64,000 nt of DNA from Antechinus flavipes (GCF_016432865.1 NC_067401.1:9548001-9612000); one strand, 5' to 3'; positions 46,050-61,615 are shown, counted from the first letter of the stretch. A program made the numbers and translations. The notes: generated by a model from the sequence alone, not told the origin.

Positions 46050-47330
46050 CTGGTAGGGTGGAACCAAGGTTAGAGAATTATATTAATGGTCACAACTCAG
46101 CTGAATTCTCTCTATATTCCCCTCCGTATAACTTTAAAATAAGGCCTCAGATCAAATTTTGCAGTGGCAGAGCCAACAAATAGAGTGAGACATTTTTTCT
46201 GACCTAAGGAAAAATTAGAATCAGCAGGAGAGGTCACTGCTACCGGATTGGAGGCTTGAATGTACCTCATGTATTTGGTGGTAGCAATTCCAACAGCAGT
46301 TTTGGGTGCTCTCAGTCCAAGACAGAAAGGGGACCAGATAGAGATCACAGGGGATCCTTTGTTGGCCCTGGGTGCAGCTGGTACTGATTGGCAGTCTTAT
46401 CGCCCAAATACAGTCTAGGTTGCAGGTCCGGGGGAGAGGTGTGTTTGTGATGGGTCACAGGGGGAGCAGAGGCGCTAGTTGTAGTTCTGAGGCAGAGGAG
46501 TGCTAGTGTTTGCGGCTGGAAGAGGGCTGGTCACAGTACCAGGGCCAGGAGGAGGACTTTCTTGAGTAAATCCCAGACCGCAGACCAGCAGAGTAGTGAC
46601 CACACCCCTCCCAAGCTTGCCCTGCCTTAGGAGCACCTCTAGAATTAGTTCTGAAAATAGCATCGCTGGTAAAGCTGAAGCTTGGGACATTGTTTTCCCA
46701 TCCCCAGGTGAGCAGAGCCTAATTTTAAAGTTCAAAATCAGGAAATGGGCTGGAAAATATGAGCAAAAGGCAAAAAAAGGATCTGGAGTATGGTTGGGGT
46801 GGAGGGGGGAGACCAGAAGACAAAATCAGAAAACAACAATGTGACGATAACTACAGCCAAAGCCTTAAAGAACTTGACACAAGCCAACATGAATTCCTGG
46901 AAGAGTTAATGGTGAGAGTAGTAGAAGAAAAATTAGCAAAAGAAATGAGAATAATGCAAGAAAATTATGGAAAGAGAATGAACAGTTTGGTAAAAGAGGC
47001 AGGAAAACTCACTGAAGAAAAGACCACCATAAAGTAAGAAGCAGAATAGAATAGGTCAATAGAAAAAGAAATACAGAAGCCCACTGAAGAAATAATTCTT
47101 TAAAAATTAGAATTGGGCGTTTGAAAGCTAAAGACTCCATGTGACGTCAAGAAGCAATCAAAGACAAAAAGAATGGGGGAAAAAAGATGCAAATGTAAAA
47201 TATATCATTGGAAAAACAACCGATCTGGGATACAGATCAAGAGAGATAATTTTAAAATTATTGGACTCCCAGAAAAACACGATCAATAAAAGGGGCTAGA
47301 CAGCAGCTGCAAGAATGCCCTGATATGTTG
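46050..47330 (+). mobile_element. L1 5' UTR plus decayed ORF1
   Basis: ORF 46759-47037 MSKRQKK..QHEFLEEL..RVVEEKLAKEMRIMQENYGKRMNSLVKEA..TEE resembles the marsupial L1 ORF1p coiled coil; it continues with stops and frameshifts to ..IIGLPEKHD. Confidence 0.85.
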
Positions 47331-47932
47331 GTCCAGAGGGCAGAATTGCTTTGGTGGGTGGGTGGTATCATTCTCAGAGGACCAAAGTGCATTACTGTGT
47401 TTTGGGTTCAGTGCTCTGGACTTTTAGAGTCTCCTTTTGCATCTCAGAACCCCAGTGTTCTGATCTGCTCGGTGCAATACCACTCTGAGGCTTCCAAAGT
47501 CCGGGCCCTTTCTGCCCACTCTGAGCCTTTCTTAGAGGGAAGGGGAAGGGTGTCTCTAGTCATGCTGGGAGTTTGGCAGCAGCCCTCTTTCCTCGTGCCT
47601 GAGATTGATTCTCTGTATTTCTGGGAATAGAAGGAGTCGCTTAGTGTTTCTCATTGAATATCCTGATCACTATTGATTGTGGTATGAATTTCAAGTTTTT
47701 GCTGGAGCTAAGAGTGCAGGAGCTGGACAGGAAGCCCTCTAGGCTGGGAACATTTCTGTTCTTACAGCTCTCTCCTGTCTGTCTTTGACCACTTTGGGAT
47801 ATAAGCCTTGTGAGATAGAGTCAGGCCATCTTGCTGGAGGTGGGGGATGAGCCATCTGTACTCTGAGGTTTAACACATGGTGCTTCTTCCCCTGTGGTGG
47901 GGTCAGTCTGTAGGAATCCCTAGCTGGGCTGA

Positions 47933-48160
<228 letters not shown>

Positions 48161-50019
48161 TGATTCTCCTTGGAAACCATGTTTTCTTTTAGATGCCTTT
48201 CTGTGTTAAATGTCATATATCACTCCTGAGCCCCGAGATGAGTATGTTTCATAAGAGTGAAGATTAGGCTGCTGAATAGTTGCTGTCCAGTCACCTTGCT
48301 CCTTTAAAAGCATTTTCTTTTCTTTTTTTTTTTGTTATGAATTTAGTGATCTGCAGTGACATAAAAATACTAATGGTCCATATGCACAGAATGATGTGAA
48401 CATGTGATGTTCTGTTATAATTAGTCATTTTTTCAAAAGTACTTTGCTTTTTTATCATCACCCTAATAATGAATGTAATAAAACTTCATTAATTTGAACA
48501 AATTACAGTGGGAGAACAACCTAAATTCATGAAAATGTAAAGAAAAAGATTCTTTTATTAAATGCCTGACTCATAGTGTTCTTCACGTTGAATGTTGTTT
48601 GGTGTGCTTGTTCTTGAAAAGTTATATGTGTAAGTATGGTGTTGTTTTCCTATTTTGCTTCCAATTTTAGAGACTGCTTTATTTTTACCTCTGCTTACCC
48701 TTTGGCAGTGTTTCTTACGTTAGCTTTCATTTTTACTGTCTGTGCTCTTTCACAGTGATCACATAAATAATCAAAGGAGAGGCCACTGTTTAAACAGCCC
48801 GTCTATAATTGGGAAGAACTGCTTTCATTTACAGTCTCTTAGCTGAATTCATTCTTTTTTATTTCCCATCTTTTCTTAAAGCTGGCCACGCATGCCTAAA
48901 CCAGCTTCTCACCCACATCCTCTGGGAGTGACATTACCGAGTCCCTTCATAGTAATAACTTGTTCATCCAGGGGTTATTTTTGGAGAATTGAATTTTTGC
49001 CTCTGAGGACTCATGCATGTATTTGTCCTGATATATTAGTCATAGTCGGAGTGTTTAAATATTTGAGGACTTCTGGGGTGGTTCATTGGCCTTCCTTCAC
49101 CTGAGGCTTCCAGGTGATCTATGGCATTGATCTATGACATGTGACATGTAGTCCTTAGGTTTCTCTGACAACGTGTAAATTTATAATTGTTGATTATTGG
49201 CTTATAGCCAGCCATCCTGAACGGTAGGAAACACGGCTTGTTAGCCTTGGCTGGATGGCCTTTCACCTTGTGAATAGGCTTTCTCCTTCTGGGCCATCAT
49301 CTCAGTTTAGGGATCCTTTCCCTTTTTTATGCCACAGGTCCCTCTGGTTGAAACCTTCCTTTCTCTAAATAATGTTTTTAAACACATGAAATAAAACGCA
49401 AAGGATTACTAAGGAAACCAGTAATATTGAAGTGCAGTTAGCTAAATGTTATGGCAGTTTAAAAATATTATATGATTGCAAGAAGTAATACAACCTCTGG
49501 CTTTAACTAAAGTCAAGGGACTTTGTAATGGGTCAGAATAGGTTAACTGGGGACCAAAATTTAATTTTGCTTTGTTTTGATGCCTTGTGCATATTTTTTG
49601 ATGACGAGGCAGCGAGTTAGAAATGCGCAATTATGGCTTACAGTCCTGGGTTTGTCATCTTTAGACATTTCCTCCCTGAATTAGAAGGGGGGGAGGGTCT
49701 GTTCTCTGGACAGTCAGGTTGTCTGAGATCCTGACTATGGACTATGACTAATCTCTTTGAGCCTCAGTTTCCTCACTTGCAAAATAGACATAAAGATGTC
49801 CCCTTCCCTCATAGGATAGTGATGAAAGTGCTTTGCAAACCTTAAAAGTAATTATAACTACAAAATAATTATTTCACATCATAATTAATATACTCAGCTC
49901 TGATGTTCAAAAAAATTTCCATTTTCTAAACCATCTGGCTCATTTGGTCAAAGAAATGTTTTTCCCCCTTTTGCTGTTTGTTGACTGTCCTGGATAAAGC
50001 TCTGGCTTTGCCTTTCTAG

Positions 50020-50109
<90 letters not shown>

Positions 50110-50630
50110 TAAATATGGGAACCTGACTCTGCTGTGTTTGTTGGAGGGACAAAAAAAAGGAGACGAACAAAAGCTGCTTATTGTATGTTTGAAAACCCAT
50201 TTGAATTATTGGCTCTTAAATTATGAGACTCTCATATGCTGATGGGGTTGAGTTTATCTGTAAAGGAATCATGTGATGTTTTCTCTGTCATGAAAACACA
50301 ACCCTCCATGAAGCGTGAATTGAATAGTACCATTTGAGGTCGTGACTGTGACCTCCAGGGTGACATGACATGTGGTAAAATAAATACTTAGTGAAGGACG
50401 CCAGAGTCTGTCCTGATGACTGAATTGTTGTTGGATGTTTATCCTAAGCACAAGATTGCAACTGCAGAGTAGGAGATGAACAGCCTGTTCCCAAATGCAG
50501 GGGATAAAATAGCAAGCTTTGACTCAAGGATCTGAGTTTATGATTCTTGGAAAGGAAAATGACACTTTTGCAGACTGGAGTTTCCTTGGGAGCCATTTTG
50601 TTGGGGTTTTCTCTCTCTCTTTTTGTGAAG

Positions 50631-50742
50631 CAAATTAGGTTAACATAGCTACAGGGGTGTAAAGTGATTGAGGTTACATTTGAACTCGGGTCCTCCTGAC
50701 TTCAGGACCGAGGCTCTATCCTCTACGCCGCTGAGAGCCGCT
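50631..50742 (-). mobile_element. Degraded WSINE1-like SINE
   Basis: catttgaactcgggtcctcctgacttcaggaccgaggctctatcc resembles the copy at 37-172. Confidence 0.7.
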
Positions 50743-50808
50743 TTCCAATGGCCCTGAACTTGGCTTGAACAAATCTCTCTAAATCTGTGTTTCAGCCAAC
50801 ATTACTGA

Positions 50809-50988
<180 letters not shown>

Positions 50989-52987
50989 TAGTTACCCACA
51001 CAGTTTGGAACTGCTAAAGGCCCCAGGAGACCTCTGGGCGCCAGAAGTGTTTGTGGTAGGCTCCAGTCCTTAGGGAATAGCTTCCCTTCGTTCTCTCCAC
51101 AGATCCATCCATCAGAAAGAGTAGTCTGCCAGAGAATAGTATTTTCATCTGTTTTGTGTTAAACTCTCCAAACAAACATGTGTTAAGTGCCTACTGTATG
51201 CCGGGCGTGAGCCAGGAGCTCAGAATTTGAAAGGGCTCACCCTGAGACAGCTCCTGTTTGATGTCCTTTCCAAACTTTGCCCCACTTTTTTGCCTTAGCT
51301 AGTAAATAGCCTGCCTTTCTGGCCTTTCCATCTCCTCCCGGCAGAAGATGCCTAAGGGTGGCACATGGGTAGCACGGAGCAGCATCTGCCAGAGCGAAGT
51401 CGCTCTGTTTGATCTCACCAAGCAGCCTGGACTTACCACCCTTTGGTTGGCATCCTCCATGTCTGGGAGCTCGATTACAGCTCTGGGGCCGGTGCCATGC
51501 CAAGGGTTCTCTTCCTGCCAGGCTCTGTGGGATTGCAGGACTCACTGGTACATGTTCCGCAGCAAGCTCAGCAGAAGGACAGGAATTCCCCTCATTAGGG
51601 GGCCATGCACATCGTGAGGAAGCATTGGGGGTATCCCATTTAGGTTCAGTCAGAGCTTGCCAGCAGTAGGGGTGAGGTGTGATACACATTCGTGCACTAG
51701 GAGCTCATCCCCAGGGAGACTGAGAGAGGCATTTCTATTTGGTGGGCATCTGGGAAAGCTGCATGGTGGGCATGATGGCCTTGAAGGATAGGAGAAATCT
51801 CATTGGCAGTAGCATGAGAGAGAGGAGCGATAACCAGGAACCATCTGTATAAAGCTCCAAGGTTGGCAAAGTCCTTATGAGCAGTCAGTGTCAGTCTGCC
51901 TCCCCCTTTTTGAAGGGTCTGGAGAGGAAACATCCATTTGGAGAATGTTTGGGAGTATCATCAGGTGGAAATTCCTCCTCAAATCCAGGGCCAGGGAAAT
52001 GTTTGTTTTAGCTTAACTTCTCTGTCCCCTTTTAACTGGAATTGAAAACTGTGCAATTAATGACAACGAAATGTTTCCCTTTTTGCCTTAAGGACTGTGA
52101 GCTGGTCAGCTCCAGGAGCCCCTCCTTCTGCAGATCTGCTCTCTTGTCTTTCAAGAGGATTTGCAGCATTTTGGTTTTTGGTTATTTGGTTATAATTTAG
52201 TTTTCACTGGGTTGAGTTTTGGGTGTCTCTGCCCTTCAAGTCCTTGGTTTTTGTCATCATGCTCTCCATTGAACTCTGGGTCTGGGGATAGGGATAAGGT
52301 ACCAGATAAAGCCTCTGAACTCTTGGAAAATTCTCTACAGATCTCCTTTTCCCAAGAAGATGAAGGCCTATTTCCTTACTCCAAAGCTGGGTCAAGATGA
52401 GAAAACTGGCATAGCGTGAAGAAAGTTTGGGAAAGTAGTGAGACAGAAACAATATCCAGGCACACTGGAACCTCAGGAGTCTCCCTGAAAAGCACTCCCG
52501 TCTTTATTTGTAGAGAAAAGTTTTAAAGAAGGAAACTTTTATTTTTGGCCTCCACATTGGTGAAAAGGTTCTTTATTAGATCTTAGAACATTTTGTGCTC
52601 CACTTAATGCATATCATATAGTCTCGATTTGTGCTCTGAGTGAGAGGCTCGGGCCAGAGTGCGTGGACACCCAGCCTCGAGTCACCTGGTCTTGGCTTAT
52701 GAAACCTCTTGGAGTATGACTCTGAGTAAAAGCCTTAACTTCTCAGTGTCCCGGGCAACTCCCAAGAGCCGAAGTAACCCCCTGCACTGGTAAAGGGATT
52801 TGCTTTCCCAGGAATTCCCCTGCACCCATGAATTCACAGGTCCTCCCTGCCCTTCACAGCCCCAAGTCTGTATCTTAGAGCCCCTTTCAGCTTTTCATTT
52901 CTTTTGTATAGTTCTTTTAGAGTGTAGCACAGTATACTTAACATGTAGGACAAGGTGCTTATTGATGAGGATTGGTTAAATTCATGA

Positions 52988-53278
<291 letters not shown>

Positions 53279-54079
53279 TGAAAGCACAGGGGGTGACTGA
53301 TGGCAGCTCCTTATGAACTGGTCTTAGGAAATGGAAGTTTTCAATTTCCCAGAATAGACTAACTTCCTTGTTCATGAAATTGTCAACAATGATCCTGGCG
53401 GTCTTTGTCTCTCTTATAAAACTCAAAAATTCATTTCTCATCCCTTTAACCATCAAAACAAGGCCCTGGGTAGTTTATGTGTACACGGGGATGTGTGGAC
53501 ACGTGGGGACACACACGTATAACTAAAAAGGGGTGTATGGGGTGGGCTTCTGGGTGCACAAAGCTACCCCTTCCTACACAGTGGAATGTATTGGCTAGAG
53601 CGCTGACCCCAAAGCAGGAACTCTTGGGTTCAAGCCCGGCCTTTGCCACACACTGGCTCTGTGACCCTCAAACAAGGCACTGGGTCTTACCATAGTGGGA
53701 AGATGCAGTTCTTATTGCTCATGAGCAGACTGAGGCCGTCAGCCAGAGCCACACAGCTAAAGATGTCTGACGCTGGACTTGCTCCAGGGCTTCCTGACTC
53801 CCTGGTAAACCCTTCCTTCATGGGACCGCAGCAACACCACGCTGCCCTTTGGCTGTGCACTTCTTAGGAAGCCGCTTTTAGTGACTCGGTCTGATTCTCT
53901 TTTCCCTTTTGGTCTGAGAGCTCTCCCTCAGGACCTGTCATTAGACTTCTAGAGTCTGACCTCCTTGGGTTTTTTGTCCATCTCACAGCATAAGCTGTTC
54001 ATGTTTGTTTTAATGCCAGGGGTCTTCCGAAGGTTGGGTGAGAAGGGCCCAGTGTGAACAGAAGCTATTCTTTCCCTAG

Positions 54080-54274
<195 letters not shown>

Positions 54275-54417
54275 TGAAATTGTTATTATTTGGATCACTA
54301 GATCTCAACATAATTGTTCTGTGCTTGCATTTGGAAATATGGTTCAGAGAGGGGTTCCCAAACTTATCCTGCTGCTCCCTGAGGTTGTTATCTAGCTCAT
54401 ACACAGACACTCAAGAG

Positions 54418-54441
54418 CACACACACACACACACACACACA
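54418..54441. repeat. (CA)n microsatellite
   Basis: About 12 CA units. Confidence 0.95.
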
Positions 54442-55315
54442 ACACAACCTCCTCTGAAACCAGTAACCATTAAGTCAGACCCATCGTTTCCTTAGTGTCA
54501 GGAAGTCTGGGGAGCTGCCAGGTTCTCGCCAGTGCAAATTCACCCCTTCTCAGTAGCCCCAAGCCTTCGGGTACAGTGAGGGGTGATGAGGGGCATCCCC
54601 AGAATCCCCCAGGCAGGATCCAGCTGAAGCAGGCCTGTATCTTGACTCTGAGGCCAGCTCTCTAGCGTCTCATCAGCTTCTCTACAAACTTTTAAACATT
54701 AAGGAATAAATATCTTTAATTTATTCCTCCAGTTGCATGGAAATATAACATCAAGGTGATTTCTAAATTCATTGTTCCCATTCCATTTGTATTAGAAAAG
54801 GGAAAGGATCCTTTTTCTCAGGCTCACTTTAGAGACCTGGCTAATGCCACATTGTCATGGACATACATGGCAAGGAATCTGTCTAAAATAGCCAAGGCCT
54901 AGCTGTCTCCTGGCCAGCTGGACTGGCTGGACTGGCCATGGCTGGATGGGGTTTTATTATCGTTGTCTCTTGGGATATTTTCTCGCTGGCTTGCCTTTGA
55001 TGACTTAATTAAAAAGAGGGAATTTCGAAAATAGTTTAATCTCCTCAACTCAGAAAACCATATAGGCTTTGGAAGTCGTCAAAACGTAGGGTCCAATTTA
55101 AAATTAAAAGTTGAACTTGCCAGACTCGAGGATCCCGCCACAGAGATGGTCCAGCCCTTTTCTTTGTAGCAGAATGTTTGAAAAGAAAGTAGCAACAGTT
55201 AGAGGTGATGGGGGTGTTCCATCCTGGTTTTTGACGGTACCTTTTGTCTCGAGTAGTCCGTGATGCTTTGTTGAGTTGATATAAAGAATATCAGCTCTTA
55301 AATGTAAGTTACTAA

Positions 55316-55732
<417 letters not shown>

Positions 55733-57490
55733 TGATTTGGATAAAAGGAGAGAATCCGTGGTTTACAAACTAGCCTCTGCAGGCTTTCTAGGGAATCCAC
55801 AAATTGATCGAGGGAAGAAGGTGAATATACCTTTTAGGAAATTATAGTATTTTTTTTAGAAAATCATCTATATTATTATCATATGTCTTCTCCCTTTCCC
55901 ACAAATCCACCTCTGAATCAGAAAATAAAATAGAGACAAAGTTGGTTTAACAAAACTAATCAGCCATCGGTCAGATCTGAGTGTGAGGTCCCACCCTCCT
56001 CCGCTGGGCTGGTGGCCTTTTATGAATTCATGTTGCAGACAGAGTGAGCCCAGCTTTCGGGGATGAATGAAGGACTGGTGTCTTCCCTGAGTTTTCAGCA
56101 AATACAAAGCCGTGCTCTTGTTTTTAAGTAAGAGGTTTTGCTGCTGTGTGGATGCCCTTAACCGCTCTTCCATCACGGTCTCACTTCTCGGGCTGATCTC
56201 CTCTCCTTCTACATGCTCACTCTTATCACAGGCACCTCCAAGTCAACCTCATCAGCACGGCGGTGGGCCTGCTCCTTCCTCCCCCTCACCGTCACCTCCT
56301 CTTCATCCCTTCCTTGTCTTGTTCAGGATTCAGAAGCCTCTTCCTGCTTTTTTCCTTGACATTATCCTTCCCATTTGGGAATTGTTGCCCTGGATCTGCC
56401 GGCGTCACGTGGCAATGGTCCTTCCCCCACTTTTGCCCCCATTTCTCTGAATTATTTAAACTTGTCATTTTCTCACAGTGTCACAATTCCCCATGTGAAG
56501 CAACATCACGTGATGGAGAGGTGTAGTCAGGAAAGCCAGAGTCAGATCCTGCCTTTGATAGGCCTTGGGCAAGGCTCACCCTGGGGCAGGCACGCCCCTT
56601 TTCCCTGGCACAGGCAGCTCACTGATATGATAGGTTGCCCAGCACTTGCTGTTTCAGTCGCAGGAGCTTTCTCACTAGCAGCGCCCTGGGCAAATGGCCA
56701 TGGGTATGAACCTAGGAAGAAAATGACTGACACCATTTGCATACCACACAATTCTTAGCTGTTTGCCCGTCGTTGGGCACCTGCGTCCATTCTCGCTCTC
56801 TGCCATTTGGCTCTGGTGGCACGGCCTGGCTCTCCGTCCCTGCCTTCTGGGGTGCCCTGGAATGGTCTGGCTGGGCAGTTAGACTTAGGCTAATAGTTTA
56901 GTGACTGGTACTCTAGTTCCCCACTGTGTTCTCGAGTAGCTGGACCCGTTCCAGCTCCCGTGCCCAAATTCATCTTGTTCTGGCCCAAGTTGTTGGGGTG
57001 TTGTGGGATGGCGGAGCAGAGCGTGGTCAGTACCAGGTCTCCCTTATGAGGGGGGATCACAGTGAGCTTTGGGCTGAGAAAGGTGGGCTGGGGTCGTGGG
57101 GGGTGGCAGAGGAAAATGGAACAAGCATTTATCGCTCTCCCCCTTGGGCCAGGCACTGCCCTGGTACATCACAAATACCTTCCAAGGCTGGCAGCAATCG
57201 TAGATCCCGAGTAAGACAGTTGCCCAGCTAGGAAGCGTCTCAGAGCAGGTTTGGCGCAGGCTCTTCCTTCCCCCAGCCTTTCGTCTTGTCCCCTCTAGCT
57301 GCTGGCTTACCCGATGAGCTCTTCTCCCAGCCAGAGGGGGGCAGTGGCATTGATCTGATCCCCTCCGGTCCCCCCCAGGGTAGCTCCACTCTTCCACTGG
57401 CCTCCTTCTGACTTGTGGGTCCGAGTGCGCGTTTTCTCTGCCTGTGTACCAGGCTGGCCATCAGGCCCTGGCCGGACTCAGCATGGATGA

Positions 57491-57697
<207 letters not shown>

Positions 57698-57860
57698 TAG
57701 AATCTGAGAGGCACTCGTGGTCTGCAATGGAGAGAGCCTCATCCCAGGAAAGCCCCATTTACGTGAGGATCTTTCCCAATCACATTACTTTTGGTGACAC
57801 GGTCTTTGCCGTCGCTTGGGGTCATATGTTTTCGTCACCTCCTTTTACCTTTCCCCGCAG

Positions 57861-57925
57861 GTCAGTGATGTCAACGACGATGTCCGAAGGGCTGCGGTCG
57901 AGTCCCTGGGCTTCATCCTCTTCAG
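57861..57925 (+). CDS. PSMD1: PSMD1 coding exon 16 (last exon in window)
   Basis: ccgcag|..|gtagga; [21 protein letters not shown](R), 65 nt; cumulative CDS 1883 nt. The gene continues beyond the window. Confidence 0.98.
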
Positions 57926-60406
57926 GTAGGAGGCTGCCTGATTCCTACCCTTGGCTTTCACGCTCACTTACTTGGCTTTTTTATCTTCCTGGGTCACTTA
58001 AGTACACAGGAAGGGAATAAATACCTATACAATCTCTACTGTGGGCCAGCCCCTGTGCCCAGGATCTCTCAGACACTCACGACCCTGAAGAGGGAGGCGC
58101 TGTTGCTGTTCCCAGTGTAGAGATGAGACTGAGGCAGGCGGCAGTGTCCAAGACGAGCTTGGGGCCCACGTCCTCCTGAGTGGAGGCCCACAGCAGCCTC
58201 AAATGGGGGTGGATGGGGGGGGCCACACTCAGGCCCTAGGACAGCATAGCCTCTGTTTCTGGGAACATTTGTAAAGGGGAGCAGTTCTCCTGGAGGGCGA
58301 GAGTTCCACGGAGAGTGGCTTTCACGTTTCTGGTCTTAGAAACAGATGGAGACACATTCCCTTTTGCCTTGATATCTTTGCTGGATCCCTGGGGGTCCCT
58401 GTGGACCTCTCCGTGCCTGGAGAGCCGGTGCCCGGCCCCCTCTTGCCAGTTGGAGGCCCTGCTGCAGGCCAGGCTCTTCTTTTTTACGCGGTGCCCTCAG
58501 TACCCATGAATCTTGGTCTGTGGCCCCCACACTGATGGAGCTTAGAGCAGGGAGACAGCAGATGGCATGGCCTGTGCTCCTGGCAGGGGATGGATGGGGG
58601 CAAGGGGTTAGGTCTTCTTCTTCCTCCCTGGAGCCCTTGGCGCAGAACAGCACCAGTGCCCACATCAGCCTAGACATGACCCTACTTTCTGTGGGCTTCG
58701 GCTTCCCCATCAGTGGTGTTCTAGCAGGGAGCATGTCTGAGCCTGAACAAGAAGTGACCTCTGTAAGGGGGGCCCTGACAGATCAGGACAGTGAGCACTG
58801 TGGTCTCAGGGCAGAGGGGGAAGGGGCCCAAGTTTTGGTCAGGATACCTCAGAGCCAGGCTAGGCTGAGATTGCTGGGGAGGGTGGGGATGGAGTGCACC
58901 CCTGTTAGATGAGAAAAGTCAGATGTGGAGATGAATGAGGCACAGCAGGACTTCCTTTGCTCTGGACCCTGTCCTGGCAGAAGGAAAACCTGAGTAAATC
59001 GGGCATGGAGGAGAGCAAGGGCCCACTCGGGCAGAGGGTAGAGCAGAAGGGGCACATCCTGTGGGTCCGGGGCACTGAACAGGGGGAGCCGTTGCCAGTT
59101 TGGGAGCAGCCTGCTGCTGCCCATGGTGGGGGAGATGTATTTTGTAGTTAGCTTGGGAGGAGGCCTCTGGGAGAGTCACATGGGAGGTGGGACACTTTAG
59201 ATGTGGGGGGAAGGGATTGCCAGAGGAGAGTTGAGAGAGCATAAGCCTTTGGGCACAGGGGCCAAGAGCAGGAAGCGAGAAAGGAAGCAGGATTCTCGGG
59301 CCAGACCTCCCACCCAAGGCAGGCCATGGTTGACTCTGCTTCAAAAGCGCTGCCTTGCGTAAAAGAAAGTCCTCAGAGTTTGGGGTCAGATCTGACTCCT
59401 GCAACTTCTCCCATGGGTCCTGGTTCCCTTGTGGAGGCAAAAGCATCCAAACCCTCTTCCTTTTTGTATTCAACTCTGAACATTTACTAAAGTCCCACCG
59501 TGGGAGAGCCAGTGAGCGAGGGATACCTATGTGTTGAGTCCTTCCTGAGGGCCAAGGGGCACAGCCCCTGCTGGGGGGTCTTGGGAAGTGATGTTTATTC
59601 TGGTTCTTAAAGGAGAGACATGAAACCCAAAAGGGTCCCAGCTTTCTGGGCTTGTTGGGGGAAGTAAAGGATGTGTGTGGGGAGGGGGGGAAGGGAGGCT
59701 TGGAGACTGAAGAAGGGATGTCCACCCAGAACGTGGGGAGCCAGTGTAAAGCAAGAGAGCCTGGGTGAGGAGCAGTCTGGCGGGGACTGAACAGGTGCAT
59801 TTAGCCGGGGGAAGATCACAGGGGCAGCAGGGAAATGGGGGATCGAGAGGAGGGATTTCAGGCCTGGGTGTCTCACTGGGTGTGGGCAGAAAGAATGAGT
59901 CTTTGGGACCGCGAACTGGAGCGCAAGCACCTGGGAAGTGGGAGGACACTCGACACAGGTGGGAAGGTAGCCGCCCATTTAGGTAGGCCAAGGTTAGGGC
60001 CCAGCCCTTCCCAAGTAGATGGGCCCAGGCCACTCTTCTCCAGGGTGAGCTGGGAACCCTTCGCTGTTCGGGTACCCTCCCATGGAGTTCTCTGCCCTGA
60101 ATAGGGCCCCAAATTGAAGCAGCAATGAACCCCACTGACCCCCATCTCTCCTTGTGGCTGTCGGGTTGTGGGGCTAGCAGAGCTCTGTCTTCTGCTTTCG
60201 GGGAGGTATTCCGGCTCTTTTCTAGAAAGAAAAGGAGTTTCCAGCAATTTTGTCTTAAGTTTTTACAAATTCTAGGTGAGTGGGCCGAGTGTGGCCCCAG
60301 GGCCTCCGGGAAAATGTCGGGTGCTCTCATTTTCTTCCCTGATTCTTATTTTGACACTAGACTGATGAGAGCTATTGGAGTCGTTGCTGCTTTTGGCTTT
60401 TGTAGT

Positions 60407-60560
60407 GTCTCTCTCTGTTTCTCTCTGTCTCTATCTTGTCTCTCTGTGTCTCTTTCTCTATTTCCTTCTCTGTGTCTCTGTCTCCCTCTTTCTCTTTCTG
60501 TCTCTCTCTCTGTTTCTCTGTCTCTATCTCTCTCTCTTTCTCTCTCTCCTTCCCTCCCTG
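60407..60560. repeat. (CT)n/(CTGT)n polypyrimidine microsatellite
   Basis: gtctctctctgtttctctctgtctctatct...ctctctccttccctccctg. Confidence 0.92.
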
Positions 60561-61319
60561 TCAGCAGATGTCTCCCTAGAGCTGCTCTGTTCAAGGCCTT
60601 CCGATGCCAGGTCATGCTGGCGAGGTCCTGTGACCTCATTTGTCGTCAGAGGGAGGGAGCTAAGTGTGTTTCCCATAGTCTGCAGGCCCTGGCTTCCCTA
60701 GGGGATTCTCCAGGATGTTTTTCCTTCCACATATCATTGTTTGCCCTCTCCACGTGGGGAAGTTTCCATCCCGCCAGCCCAGATCTTTGGGTTTGTGTCG
60801 GCTTTTTGTCAGCTTCTAATACACAACTAAGTAATAAGTAACTTTTTTACAGTTACTTTTTTGGTTTTGTGTGTCTTCTAAAATACCTTTTTAGATAGTT
60901 GGGTTATGATTGTTCTTCTGGGCCTCTTTCATATTTATGCAATTAAATCACAAAATTTTGTTTAAGTACCTGCTGTGTGCTAAGCACTGATAGATACTAG
61001 AGATAGAGCCAGTTGTCAAATTTTTACAGTTTGTGTTTACATCTCAGAAATTGGCGATCCTAAAAATCAGGACTTGATTTGTTGTTTTATTTTTTTTAAT
61101 TATACTTATTTTTGTCATGCCTTAGTGATGGAGAAAACATGAATAATCCGATTGATTTTAAAGGTGTCATGTACACATTTTTCCCCCTCTAGAAAGCTGG
61201 TTGTTAAGTATTTACCAGCACTTTCCTGTATATATCTCTGGGGGAATGGAAAGTGGAAGTAGGCTGCGGGGCATATTGTGCTGGAAAACAGCAAGATTTG
61301 GCCATGGGAGCAAATGCAA

Positions 61320-61615
61320 GGCTGGTGACCAGCTTTGGGCAGAAATAATGACATTAAGAAAGGAGAGTGAGCATTTTTTCCTCTTTTTGATCTGATTTTT
61401 CTTGCACAGCATAATAAGTCTGGAAATCTATTAAGAAGAATTGCACGTGTTTAACTTATATTGGATTACTTGTTATCTAGAAAGGGAGAAATTTTGGAAC
61501 TCAAGGATTTTGCAAGGATGATTGTTGAAAATTATCTTTGCATATATTTTGAAAAATAGAAAGCTATTATTATTAAAAAATAAAATAAAATTCTATCATC
61601 AACAAAAAAAGAAAA
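61320..61615 (+). mobile_element. L1 3' UTR fragment
   Basis: ctctttttgatctgatttttcttgcacagcat..aaggattttgcaaggatgattgttgaaaattatctttgcatatattttgaaaaat. Confidence 0.8.

Noticed and set aside
58919-60841. Long intronic ORFs (293, 267, 238 aa) in intron 16
   Set aside because: Pro/Ser/Leu-rich, partly the (CT)n microsatellite, with no transmembrane pattern or HTR2B similarity.
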